From contig CAXHJY010000743.1 in the NCBI GenBank assembly GCA_964016885.1, positions 17,400-81,399 on the forward strand: DNA of 64,000 nt. Direction: 5' to 3'. The notes beneath the pieces are model-generated. The model was not told the DNA's origin. It ran no database searches and saw nothing but the letters and a program-made list of their open reading frames with translations. Of this stretch, positions 31,167 to 43,374 are shown piece by piece (positions within the stretch are counted from its first letter, which is position 1; each line of letters starts with the position of its first letter). The translations under genes and the position numbers were made by a program. This DNA comes from Eledone cirrhosa (lineage: Eukaryota).

Positions 31167-32269
31167 TTAGCGAAGTTTCTGAATTAAGCATTGGATCTCA
31201 GGTTTCAAAAATGATTCAGCATTATAACTACTTTCTGGCTGAGTGGCAAGAGAATTAGCTAAATCTTCATCAACAATGAAATTAACCAAAGCAGATGGTG
31301 CAAGGCCAAGTTCAATTAATGTTAAGTCCTCATCAAGTCTCTGTCCTGTTGGATTCACTAAATGGAAAAGTATCCATTCCCATTTTAAATTCTCTCGAAT
31401 AAACTGCTGCAGATCACTTAGTTTTTCTTGAGCCTTAAAGGTTCCTTGCAAGACAATGTTATCAGGAAAACGAACACGTATCATAGTGTAACGATAACGA
31501 CGCAATTCTCGTTTTTCCTCACGTGCTCGCATGGCCTTTGTTCGAAGAATTTCAACCTTCTCCAAGTTTTCATTACGTAATTGTTGCTCTCTTTTGAGTT
31601 CAGATGGAGTCAGATTATAGAAGTCATCAGTCACCTCAAAATTTGGCATGCCATGTTGACGATCATACACCTGCAAGGCTCGGTCAAGCTCAGGTCGAAT
31701 TGGTTCAGCTGTAAGAAGACAGTCTTTCATTTGGCTCAATAACTCAACATTAAGAGCATTTTCTTCTGGAATGATAAAAAACATTTCTTCAGGTTGATCA
31801 TCAACTTTTAGACTTTTCCTCTCAAAACCACATGTAATTAGAAATTCTTCACTGCCTTCGATATGGTTAACCTTTTCTTGAAAAGCTCGGTTATTAATTC
31901 GGATTTTTCTGAATTTTTCCTCACCGGGGTTGTTAATAAGGTTATCTATATATTTTGTTAAGATTTCAACACAAACCTTCACAGCTTCTTTATTCTTATT
32001 CAGAGTATGAATTATCAGTGTTGAGGCCATATGAGGGTGATTTTCAAGCAAACTATATAGGAATTCTCTGATATATTCATGTATTTCATGTTTAGGAAGC
32101 ACTGCAGGCCCAATGTTAGGACATTTAAATAAAAGGAAGGGGCAACTATTTGTGTCACCTTCATCTAATTCCGCTGAATTGACAGATGGGTTTGGAGACT
32201 GTTCCTGACATGTGGAAGCAGCAACATCTTTACTACGAACACAAGTTTTCATAGTAGGTCGTAATCCCC
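31167..32269 (-). CDS. UBXN6: UBX domain protein 6 (PUB + UBX domains), coding exon 2
   Basis: tttacag|GG acceptor in frame with ORF 31167-32252. PUB motif KYIDNLINNPGEEKFRKIRINNRAFQEKV, DDFYNLTPSELKREQ and UBX motif RVRFPD...LQGTF...LGLAPSA. Confidence 0.96.
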
Positions 32270-34527
32270 CTGTAAAAATATAACGACAACATTTAATGTT
32301 TTTAGTTTTAATAATTCATTTCTACTTTATTCTAAAGCATGAACCCAATACACTTTGTAAAAGGTTGGTAATAGGAAGGGCATCCAACCATAGAAAAAAA
32401 TGCTAAACAAAGTGTCTGTAAGACATTATAATCTCTCTAGTGATGTTGGCATGATAAAATGCAATAAGTAGAGCATATGTAAGTGAGATGTAGGCCCCTG
32501 GGCAATTGAGAGATCAGTAGCTCCAAAAGAGTACTGACTTCAACTGTGAAAAAAACAATAATGATGATATATATATATACAATGGACCCTCCTATCAAGA
32601 ACAATATATAAGTATTCAATTGTTTGATGAATTGTACAACTTACTGAATTCGCATGTAAAACTGCTGACATACACTCTTTGACATAATTCTCAAGTTGGA
32701 TCAGCATGACAAGGTTGTACCTTTGAATTACAGGTGAGCCCATCAGATAGACTTCCATCTACTTAACTTCACTAACAAGGTTGGGTCAACCTGAGGCTGT
32801 GGCAGAAGACACCCATGATGCCCTGCAGTCGGACTGAACCTGGGATCTCGTGTCAAGTAAACTTTGTAATCATTCAGCCACACCAAGTATATATATATAT
32901 CATCATAACCTTTTAACATCTATTTTCTACACTAATATGGGTTAAACGAGTTGTCCCATTGTGAGATAAGTCAAATAAAATCTTGCTCATACAAAACTAT
33001 TTCTGGCCTGGTTTCTATGGCTGGATGCCCTTCCTAATGCCAACCACATTTACAACATGGACTAGGTGCTTTTTATGATGGCATAGGATAACCAAGCCTT
33101 TTTTTTCCTCCTTTACAAAATAGTTTTCCTATGGTCAGATGCTCTTCTTTCTGCTAATACATATTTTATTTTCATGTATAGTGTATACCATAGCTCTTCA
33201 CCCATTGAATTGCTAAGCAGCATAAAGTATTGTTTATGCAGGATGTAAACAAACACCAGTGCTTGCTTTAAACGGTATTGCTATGAAGATGCACAGAAGC
33301 AGACACATACAGACACATATTTGTATCACTGTCATCCTAGCCTGGCCAACAATACAAATGCCATAGTGTTGAAATACGGTTGTGTTGATTCCACAATAAA
33401 ATGCACCTAGTCTATGTTGTGTGGTAGTGGTGGTGCCACAAGAAAATGAATCCAGTACACACTGTGAAATGGTTGCCAAAATGGAATGTATGAGCAAGAC
33501 TGTCATCTGACCTGTATGTCTAGCCACAGAATGTAACAATCCATCTAACCAATGCAAGCATGAAAAACAGACATAAAACGTTGATGGTGATGATAATGAT
33601 ATATGATGGGTATCCTCACAGAAAAAGAGAAACAAGCTCACTGATGAGACATGAACTATCTATCAATCACTTGCTAAGCAACTGTATAACTGGTTATACT
33701 AGAATGCCTGCCATTCCATTGATACCTCTCTATGTTGCACATTAGTAAAATAGCCTATTCTGACAATGCTAAATGACTGACAAATTATCTGTGAAACATG
33801 AGAGATGGAAGTGCAGAAAATATCTTTATAGTAGGTAACATCATCACCCTCATCATCATCGGTTGGACAAGTTTGAGAAAAAGGAACAATTGTTGTGTAT
33901 TATAGTCAGTAATGTAGTTGCTTGGCAAACAATAGATACAATGCCTGAGTGCTAGTGGTGCACCTATTGCATCTGTTCCATCTCATATTGGTGCTAATGT
34001 TCAATATCGTTTAAATAGTAACTATTTATTGTCTGCCTTGAACAAATTGACACTTTGTAGAAGCATAAAGACTCTTTAGTTTTGGGGAACACAAGGTAGC
34101 CTTCATAGTGCTTGGTGCCACAATAAAATTCACCTAGTATACTCTGTAAATTGGTTGACGAACAAACAGAGACAATGCAGGATCAAAAATACTTTTTAGT
34201 CTGGCCAAGGACAAGACAATCTCTCTACTGTTGATGCTATGATAAAATACATGCAGAACACATTGTAAAGTGGTTGGTATTATGAAAGGCAACCCACCTA
34301 GAAGAACAATAGTTCCCAAGAGAACTGATTTGGACCGTGATAGCCTGGTCAACTCCTGCCAGCATGGAAAGTGGACATAAAATGTTGATATTTAAACAAT
34401 AAGTTATTGGTTAAGAAAATATATGAAATTAAAAGTGAGGTAGGAAAGAAAAAAGAGAATCCTCATAATTTAGTTTTAAAGAAAAATAAAGATATAGAAA
34501 TTATGCCTTAGAATAAAAAATATATAC

Positions 34528-34741
34528 CTGATTTAGATTGATTGAACCGTGCAATTGCAGCAGCTGCAGCTCTCTGTTCAGATTCTGTTTTAGGGGCTGA
34601 CTGTGATGATGAAGAGCGAGCACATAAAGTGGAATGCGAAGTTCTCGGAGAATTTTCTTTTTCGCCAGTTAATTTATGACCAGGACCAGCTTTCTTAAAG
34701 AAGTGATCTAGTTTAATCTTATCAAAAAAGTTATTTGGCAT
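34528..34741 (-). CDS. UBXN6: UBXN6 coding exon 1
   Basis: MPNNFFDKIKLDHFFKKAGPGHKL matches the recalled UBXN6 N-terminus. VIM-like RAAAAAIAR. Phase-1 donor TCAG|gtatat compatible with exon 2. Total 438 aa. Confidence 0.93.
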
Positions 34742-34839
34742 CGTGATTTGCTTGATGAGTGGAAATATTAAAATAAAAGATTAATAATTTAGACAATTGA
34801 ATTTTTCAATTTTTAACTTTTAATCCCATGAAATTTAAT

Positions 34840-34934
34840 TTATTTGTTAGAAGTTTCAAAGTTTGTGTTGAATGATGTCTTTTCACTATAGCTAGCTTTG
34901 TTAGAAGGTTGCTGACCTTGTGGCTGGTGGATTC
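34840..34934 (-). CDS. Putative second exon of small membrane protein (GIHQPQGQQPSNKASYSEKTSFNTNFETSNK*)
   Basis: Acceptor ctttacag|GA. In frame with the phase-1 donor at 42125 and open for 31 codons to TAA at 34842-34840. Confidence 0.6.
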
Positions 34935-35454
34935 CTGTAAAGATTGGAATTTTAAAAATTGCCATTTTAAAAACAAATCACATATTCAGTATTCTTGTTA
35001 TAAAATAAATGAGTGATAATATTAATGAGTGTTTTAAACAAAAATGTTTCAAATATCCAAATAATTTGATGGAATAACTATATCATACAAAAGTGTCAAA
35101 TAAAAAGAGATTCAACTTTCTTTTTGCCATGGAAAATACCAAGAATCAAATGTAAATTAACTACCAAAATATAAAAGCTAGTGTAAATTGTTTCTAATAT
35201 AGGCATAAAGCCTATTGTGGGAGAGGATAGTGGATTATATTGACTCATGTACTAGACTGGTATTTTATTTTATCAACCCTGAAAGGATGAGAAACAAAAC
35301 TGACGACAGCTGGATTTGAACTCAAAATGTAAAGAACAAAAACAAATATCACAAGATATTTTGTCCAATCCTTTAACAATTCTAGCAATCCAAAAACATA
35401 ATCAATTAAGAAATAAAAACTTAAGTTAATCAAAAGAATAGACTCAGTACTACT

Positions 35455-35750
35455 GTACCAATGATTTCTATATGCCCTGCCAGACTGGTGAAATTGTGTG
35501 GTTGATGCGCAGCTTGAACATTTGTAGGTCAATGTCTGCAGGAAATGCATAGCTGGGGAAGCAATTGGAAAAAGTTGTAGTCCTGGGAGAAATGTTTAGT
35601 GTTGTGAAGGGAGAAGATGAGACACTGTGAAGATGATGACAGGAGAAATATGTAGGTCCAGTGAGCCTAAGAGAGTTCAGAAGAGCAGACATAGTTTTAG
35701 TAGCAACAAAAGAGGCAAACTGCTTTTGTTTTGATGAGTTCATTATAAAA
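35455..35750 (-). mobile_element. CR1-group/L2-like LINE 3' remnant
   Basis: Resembles the 36950-37620 fragment (FPADIDLQMFKLRINH). Confidence 0.45.
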
Positions 35751-36944
35751 CCACATTTCTTTACACGATTGATGCTCTACTATGCCTGTACCATTTATAA
35801 TTAGTAACATAGCATTTTATCTGAGACAATGCTTTTTAAAATTGTACTATAAGCTCCTCCTTTGTGTTTATATTTTGGCTTCAGCCTTTGACATGTTCAT
35901 AAATCACATGTTGCTAAAATATTTACAATTATTACCATTTATCAAAGTCCTGTATGTGTGTGTATATATATATCAGAGAGAAAAAAAGAGAGAGAGACTA
36001 TTTATAACTTAAAAATCGCCTTGCTAACTAGTGTAAAGCTGAAAATACTTAGTTACCTGCTTAAGGACTAAGCTGGTCATCATTTTGTTTTTTGCCAAGG
36101 TCCCAGTTTTCCAGTGATGTGAGGTGGGATTTGAACTTAGAATATACAAAGCTATAATAGATACTGTAAGGTAACCCATCTGATGTGCTAACAATTCGTC
36201 TAATCCACCTCCCTGGATTGGTATTTTATCAACCCCAAAAGGCTGAAAAGTAATGCTGGTCTCAGTAAAATTTGAATTCTGGGCATAAACAGCTAAACAA
36301 ATAATTACAAGGCATTCTATCGAATGATTTTGCCAATTTACTGTCTATTACAGTAATACCTTCTTCGTGTTACCCTATTGAGCACTGATTTGTAATAACA
36401 CTCTTTCCTGGAAATTAATATTTTCACCTTATCATAAACATTCATATAAAAAAATCTGACCATTTTGTCTTGCAACTAACTCTTTCTTCATTTTTTAGAG
36501 TGGGAGAGAAAGATGATGATGATAAAATAAAACAGAGAAAAGAAAAAGATGTTGAAAAATGAACATACTATCAAAGTGGGAATGAGAAAGAGTGTAAACA
36601 GGCATTTGAGGTAAAAAAAAAAAAAAAAAAGGTCATTTTCTTGTGCTCTACTGTCTGTCCTTTTACTCTCCCCTTTTTTCTCTGCCTCACACTATTCCTT
36701 CCTCTCCCTTTCTCTGTACTTTGGAGCATTTTTTTTTTACTCTGCATGTACATCAAAAATTATTTCATTGAAAAAAAGAAACAATATGTATATGTACATA
36801 CATATGTATGTAAATATGTTTGTGTGGAGGCGATGCATGTGTGATTGCAAACATTCTTACTTGTATGCATACACACACACAAATACATATATACACACAT
36901 TAAACGGTATACATTTCGTAGAATTTTTTTTTTTTTATGCCTGG

Positions 36945-37620
36945 AGGCGCTCTTAAATTGAGGAGATTGAATCTGTTGATATTCAGTTTAAATTGATGCA
37001 AGTTGACTTCTACAAGAAAGGCATGTACAGGGAAAGAATAATAGAGGGATAACATTCTGGGGAGGAAAGACTGGGCATAGTGGTTAGAGAAAGACCTGGA
37101 TGACTTAACAAAATATAGATGAGAGGAGGGGCAAGTGAGGTTGGTATGTCTAAGTGAAAGTTGTTGGAAGTCAGCCATATTCAAGGAGCAGAGGCCACTG
37201 TAGTATAATTAGAAAAAGTAGCAAGAGGAGAAAGAACATCCGTAAGCCAGAAGCAGGACTGTGTCTGTTAGTGACTATGCCAATCAGACAAGTGACCTTT
37301 TTCTGGATGCATTCTAGGATGATTGTGTGTGGCAGCAGCTCCATCCCAGATGAGGGAACAGTACTCCATTATGGGTGTTACCTGAGCTTTGCAAAGGATC
37401 AGAGGTTGTTAAGGGCTGAAGTAATTTTCTGGTTTTAAAAAGAAGAGTCTTTCTGATACACATGCTAGTTATGTTTAGGATGTGCATTTGCGATGAAAGA
37501 TCCTTAGTGAAAGCAAGGCTGAACATTTGAAGTGAATGTGCGAGCTCTAATTGCATGCTGTTCATGTTTAATGGTGATGAAGTGCGATGCAGTTTTAGTT
37601 CTATATACATACAATCAAAA
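36945..37620 (-). mobile_element. CR1-group (L2/Crack-like) LINE fragment
   Basis: Minus-strand MEYCSLIWDGAAA motif, LSLRH...LYF and FPVH..VNLHQFKLNINR C-terminus. Confidence 0.7.
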
Positions 37621-38984
37621 AGCAAATGAACAATAACAAAATGAATCAGATCTTTCACTGATTTGGTTTCAGTCATTCAACTGGAGTGCTGTCATACTTG
37701 CGAACGTCTTAATGAGTTTCAGACATCATATTGATCCCAGTACTCGTTTCAATCTGTTGCTCATTTTATCGAACTACTATGTTATGGGACAAAAGCAAGA
37801 ACATAGACATGGATACACGCATTGAATACAAGTGCTGATTTTCAAATAATATATTTGTACAGAGTTGCAATTAATTTCCAAAGAATTAGCCAACTGAACC
37901 AAAGAATTACTAAGCAACTTCAAGTACGCATTTTAGAGGTTTGCCAAAAATTGCAATTGGTTATTATGGCAGAAACTCACTTGCACAAAAACTCAAGCTA
38001 CAGCTTTTCTTTTAACCTGCCACCCCTATTCCATCTGCATCATACTACTTTTATAATAACTATCACAATCACAACTATTTTCTTAAACACTATCCATTAA
38101 AATGCGCGGATAGCATCAAGGAATAACCTAAGACCTGGCTCGCAATAAAGATGGATGGAGTAAAGGAAGTGATACACTGCTCTACCATGCTGTAATCCCA
38201 CGACGCTGGGAGGAAAATGCATGTTTTTGACAAAATAAATTATCACCAACCAACAGTACATAAGGCGAGGGTGGGAAAACAAAGGAGTTTCTACAGTGGC
38301 AGACAATTCTTCCACTGATCACATATTATTGTCTTTAAAAAAAGACACGTTTGGATAGTCCTATATATACAGAAAGACGGTATGGTGACGAATACTTTTG
38401 ATCTTAGGTTTGTTCAATCAGAGTTGACCTGATGCTAAACAATAACTTTAGCTATTATTATTCTGTCATGCTACTTATGATACATGCTCAATTCATTCTT
38501 ATTTACAGAATGTTCAAATTGTACAACAGCAGTTTGATAATTCACCAGTTACTAGCTAATGCCTATTTATTATTGTTGTTTTTTTTTCAGTAACTTGATC
38601 GGAGGAAGAAGGGTAGCGCGTATGACACTTTTCAAAGTCCCTGGGTATGGAAAAAATTGCAAGTGTGGACTCCGCTAAAGGCACCAATTAGTGGTGTTAA
38701 AATGATTAAATCGGCTAGTTAGGAACAGTAACAGTCCGACGGGCTTACACCCAGTTTCCACCTACTAAATTTCACTCACAAGGCTACCGCAGAAGACACT
38801 TGCCCAGAGTAATGTGTAGGGAGGATAAATACTAAACCATGCTGTTACGGAGTCAACTTCTTGACCGTAACAGCTATGTCTGCGCATAGGCCTAATGCGT
38901 AATCATAAGCATCGAGCTTAGGATTACAGCCTATCCTTTATAGAGAAGCATGCTCCCAAAATACATTTACTTCATTATAATTTC

Positions 38985-39440
38985 CTGGAAACGTTCGGTG
39001 GATTTGGGCTACTGACAGCGAAGTTCTTGTCTTCACTGGCAGCTCGCCTTACTGAGGTGTCAGGTAATGCCCGTGAGGGTGCCTGGTTATTTCAGAGCCT
39101 TAGCCTCGCCATCACCTGTGGTAATGCTGCGAGCATGTTGGCTTGCCTGAAAGTGTACAATTAACCCCCAAGGTGTGAGGTGTTGCCGCTTGTCGCACTT
39201 GGTGAATTGCCTCCTCCTTTCTTTTCTTCTTTTTCCTTCTTTCTTACCTTTATCATTTTTGTTCATGATTTTATATGTTATGTTATTTATGTATATATTT
39301 AAAACATATTTGCAACGTTATTCTACTGTAAATTTATACAACTGTAATAAAATATGTGACCAATTAAGTTAACGGAATAAAGAATACACATCATAAACAC
39401 ACACACACATCATAAACGCACACGCACATCATAAACGCAA
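38985..39440 (+). mobile_element. 3' end of a CRE-like (restriction-like endonuclease) non-LTR retrotransposon
   Basis: 38985-39164 translates LETFGGFGLLTAKFLSSLAARLTEVSGNAREGAWLFQSLSLAITCGNAASMLACLKVYN*. Followed by AATAAA and an (ACACATCATAAAC)x3 tail. Confidence 0.7.
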
Positions 39441-41194
39441 ATTAGTTTCAAGTAAATGAATCTACCGTTGTTGTTATTTAGTCACAGGTTAGCCCTTTTA
39501 GAGCAGGCACAACTATGATCAAAGACTATTCCAGTTATGACCAGATCGTATGTTCTTCCATACACCGAACAAGTTTACTCCTTCGACAATACGGTAGAGC
39601 GTGGTTTGAAGAAAAATTGGCTGCTGTTTCTAACGTGTCAAGCGACCGTGTAGAGGCTTCATCAGCGGATCACACAGAAGATATTTCATTCCATGATAAC
39701 ATAAAAAGCAGATCACAGTCTTCTTTATGCTTTCATGGGCGAAGTAATATAATTCTGTAGCTGCGTAAATGTTATTGTAATAGACATTACAATAAATACG
39801 TAGTAATTAGAGTTGAGAGATAACCGCTATGACTAAATATAATTGAGTGTTGCTGCTGTTGTGTAAAACCCATGTCAGCTTTCATCGAGCAGGCATATGG
39901 TCCTGTCGTCATAAATTGCCGCGTTATTGTATTATTTTAAGTGTATGCATAAAATATTTTCTAATACATACATATCTGTGTCTGAAAGATGAGGGGAAGA
40001 GGGGAAATTTGTGCATAGACAACATATCGACTACTGTTTGCTTCTTTTTTTTTTTTTTTTAAACTGTTTTAGGGTTTCCTTAAACGGTTAACACGTGGAA
40101 CAAGTTCAAGACGCAAATTACTACCAATAACTCACTGAAATAATTTAAATAACCTGATTGTTATTGTGTACCAGTCATATGACATGATTTGATCAGGTGA
40201 GACACCAGTTGAAACAAATAAGCTGGAGTCATTATATGTAATCCATGCTGTTATTAGGATATTGACAGAAACTCATTTAAATACATTCGGTTCACTGCAT
40301 AGTGTAAATTGGTAAAAGTGAATTCAAATATATACAAATGTCTAATATATATATTTATTATACACTAATCTCCGCGTACTACTTTATAAATATCTAACTA
40401 TGTAACATATTTTCGATTTTTATTTTCTTACAAAATGTGTAAATATTTCAGTGTACGACACTAAAATAATGATTTTGACTAAGTTCGCTTAAAAGCAGAT
40501 TTTATAGAACATATCACCTTAGATATATCAACATCTGACCGGTATAGATTTTATTTACTTCTGATGACTACTTTTTTTTCGCATGGCTATTAACTTCCTA
40601 AGTGTATCGAATGTCAAGAAAAATGAGTTAGATCGATTAACACAAAATAGAGCCAATACAATTACTTTTCTGCAAAATTCAACAGTGGCGTTATGCCTTT
40701 AAATAAAGTATCCAAGGATATCGGAGACGACTATACCTTGTCATAAATAATGGATTACTTACGTGTACTATTTATATGAAAAAGAAATTATAACATTTTA
40801 ACCTTTCGCCAAAAAAAGACTCTTCTCAGTCTTTCGTTTTTCACTTTCCGACATGGGGGGGGGGGGGGGAAATCACCGGATTTTTATTATAGTTTCATAC
40901 ACTGAAAAATTGAGACCATCTAATTACACACTACACTAGAACATTTCTGTTATTTATATATATATATATAATTCAAAGTAAAAGATATATGTGTATATAT
41001 ATATCCAAGAGAATACACAATATATTGTATATATACAAAGCACATATTTCAGATGGAAACAATATTGTTTCTTTCTCTCTCTCTATATATATATTTATTT
41101 TAAAGAGTTAAACAAGATTCAATGAGTACATCAAAGAATGAGTTTTACAGTAGATTGAAAGCACTCTACAGTATGATATTTTCCAGAGTTATTA

Positions 41195-41463
41195 ATATTA
41201 AATTCAAATATTAATAAAATAGATGTTATTGTGATTAATTAAATTTTATTATACATATTTCAGAGGTACTTGAATCAAGTTCAATAGTACGTCCTCATCA
41301 CTACCTTGATTAAATCTTAACCATTTAACATGTCAGGGTATATCATTTTATTTTATCTGACGAGGACGTACTATTGAACTTGATTTAAGTACCTCTGAAA
41401 TATGTATAATAAAATTTAATTGATCACAAGAACATCCATTTTATTAATATTTGAATTTAATAT
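41195..41463. repeat. ~106-bp inverted repeat (Penelope-like/retrozyme-type terminal repeat)
   Basis: Arms 41195-41300 and 41358-41463 are reverse complements with a few mismatches. 57-nt spacer. Confidence 0.9.
41350..41415 (+). ncRNA. Type I hammerhead ribozyme motif
   Basis: Stem I ATTTTAT/ATAAAAT; CTGACGA core 41357-41363; stem II GGACGTAC/GTACCTCT; GAAA 41397-41400; quasi-palindromic minimal stem III ATATGTAT; UA cleavage site at 41407-41408. Confidence 0.65.
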
Positions 41464-41641
41464 ACACACATATCTTTTACTTTTGAATTATTATAGCTCT
41501 GGACTAAGTCTATTGAGCTTTTTTATTGAGAAGCACAAAAATCAAACATATTTTATGTTTTGATACCTCACATTTTGTATATTTCCGTGTACTAGTTTAT
41601 AAATACCTACTTTCATTTTTTTTCTTGCGACGTGTGGTATG

Positions 41642-42027
41642 TAATTATCTACTCTAAATATTTTCGCGGATGACAGTAAAATAATGATTTTGACCAGAGA
41701 TTATATCGTCTTATTCAATATATTTGACTGGTATAGGTTTTATTTACATCAGAACAGACTGTGACGATTATTTTAGAGGCAGTCCTGAAACTGAAACGGA
41801 ATTTCCAAAGTGAATGTCTTTAACTTTGCAAATTAAAAGTTGTTTACATATATATATATATATATACACACATTCACTAATCGTCGGTCTATTGTGGGTT
41901 AAATAAAACATATACCAGTCATATATGTTGAGTAAAGCGATATGTTCTATATAATCTTTCTTTGAGCGAACCTGGTCAAAATCATTATTTTACTGTCATA
42001 CGCAGAAATATTTAGAGCAGATAATTA
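41642..42027. repeat. Inverted repeat pair (41642-41746 / 41900-42027); third direct copy at ~40370-40557
   Basis: Shared AATAATGATTTTGAC and GACTGGTATAGGTTTTATTT motifs. Confidence 0.7.
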
Positions 42028-42124
42028 GACAACACACACATATATATATATGTGTATGTATATAAATAGGATAGTAATGGCGGAGGGGAATGATTGTTGA
42101 TAATTCATAATTTCCAGAACTTAC

Positions 42125-42434
42125 CTGATCGTACGAACAGGTCGTTTATGTTAAATCCGTACACAAGCCATGCCAAATGGATGAGAACGATAGTTATGAA
42201 GAAATAAGCAAGCAATCCAAGCAAAACCCTCACTTGAACAGGACTGTTCACAAAGCACAGCCGACCAGGTCCATATGTTGTGTCGCTACTAGCCAAGGGG
42301 GTGTCGCCCTGGTCTGAGTTTGAGATCCCAACAACCGATTGCAATACACCTTCAGCACACGATATAATACGTTCTGGTTTTAGGTAGTCGTATATAATAC
42401 GGTAATAAGTGTTCAACTGATTCCAGTTAGACAT
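42125..42434 (-). CDS. First coding exon of an unidentified single-pass membrane protein
   Basis: 103-codon ORF, GC-richer than its flanks, TM helix VLLGLLAYFFITIVLIHLAWLVYG. Consensus donor CAG|GTAAGT. CCAAT-like motif ~90 bp upstream. Confidence 0.72.
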
Positions 42435-42826
42435 ACCAGGGAAAACTTGGTTGTAACTTAAATAAAAATTACGTACTAGGAGTAAACATGCAAAACCCGA
42501 TTAGTTTTAATAGCGGAGATGCGATTGGTGGGAATGTTTGGCAACCTTAGTTATCGACCTTCTTACAATTACCTCCCTTCCACAAGTCTTCCATCAGTAA
42601 TTTTACAAAAACATTAATGGAATTATTATTTTGTGTAAGAGTTATAATAGACATTTAAAATACATGTATATCATTACAATTTTGCTTTATTTTGTAATTA
42701 TGCTATACTGTTTTGTTGTACATCTACGATCTGGTTACTGACACAATTTCACTGCAAGAAAGATGTAGATAAATTACGTGATAGATGAACAACAAAATCT
42801 CTTGACACTTTATATTATATGTTGAT

Positions 42827-42900
42827 ATGTGTAGGAGATTAAATATGAAATCATCACCATATTATGTGTAGGAGATTAAATATGAAATCATCACCATATT
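42827..42900. repeat. Perfect 37-bp tandem duplication
   Basis: ATGTGTAGGAGATTAAATATGAAATCATCACCATATT x2. Confidence 0.95.
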
Positions 42901-43374
42901 GTTTTCTTTTTGAATCCATTACTCTTTCAGAACAATGAATCTACACCAAGAAAGTCTTGCTTCAGTCCCGTTAGCAAAGCAATGTTAGCAGAGGCCAAGC
43001 ATAGGAGTAACAGTTCTATCTGCAGTGACTGTGTTTGAAGGCAGTCTGCCAGTTTTATCTTGGTGCTGTTTTTGATTGAGTATGCTTCTCTTCAACAACA
43101 AACATCAGCTTCTTCTATTACCTTGTTAAACTCTTGTCTAATTCTAACCTCTAGTGAAAGCCATCACTTGCAATATCAAGAGGAGACTGACAGAAAAATA
43201 TTGCTTTACTTTCTGCAGCTGGGTGCCATTTCTAACACCCACTTTACAGAGTGTGCTGTGTGTATTTTATATCGTGACACCAGCACCAGAGAGGTTATGA
43301 CCTCGGCAAAAGTAAGGAATCATTTCTCCATTCATTTGCCAACTGCTTTAAAGAGTGCACTGGGTACATTTTAG

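Noticed and set aside
34742-34760. In-frame fusion of the membrane ORF to UBXN6 via the AAG acceptor
   Set aside because: Joining the phase-1 donor there reads GCA AAT CAC GAT GCC AAA TAA, which is out of frame with UBXN6.
40561-40600. Second CTGATGA hammerhead core
   Set aside because: No stem II followed by GAAA at a suitable distance.
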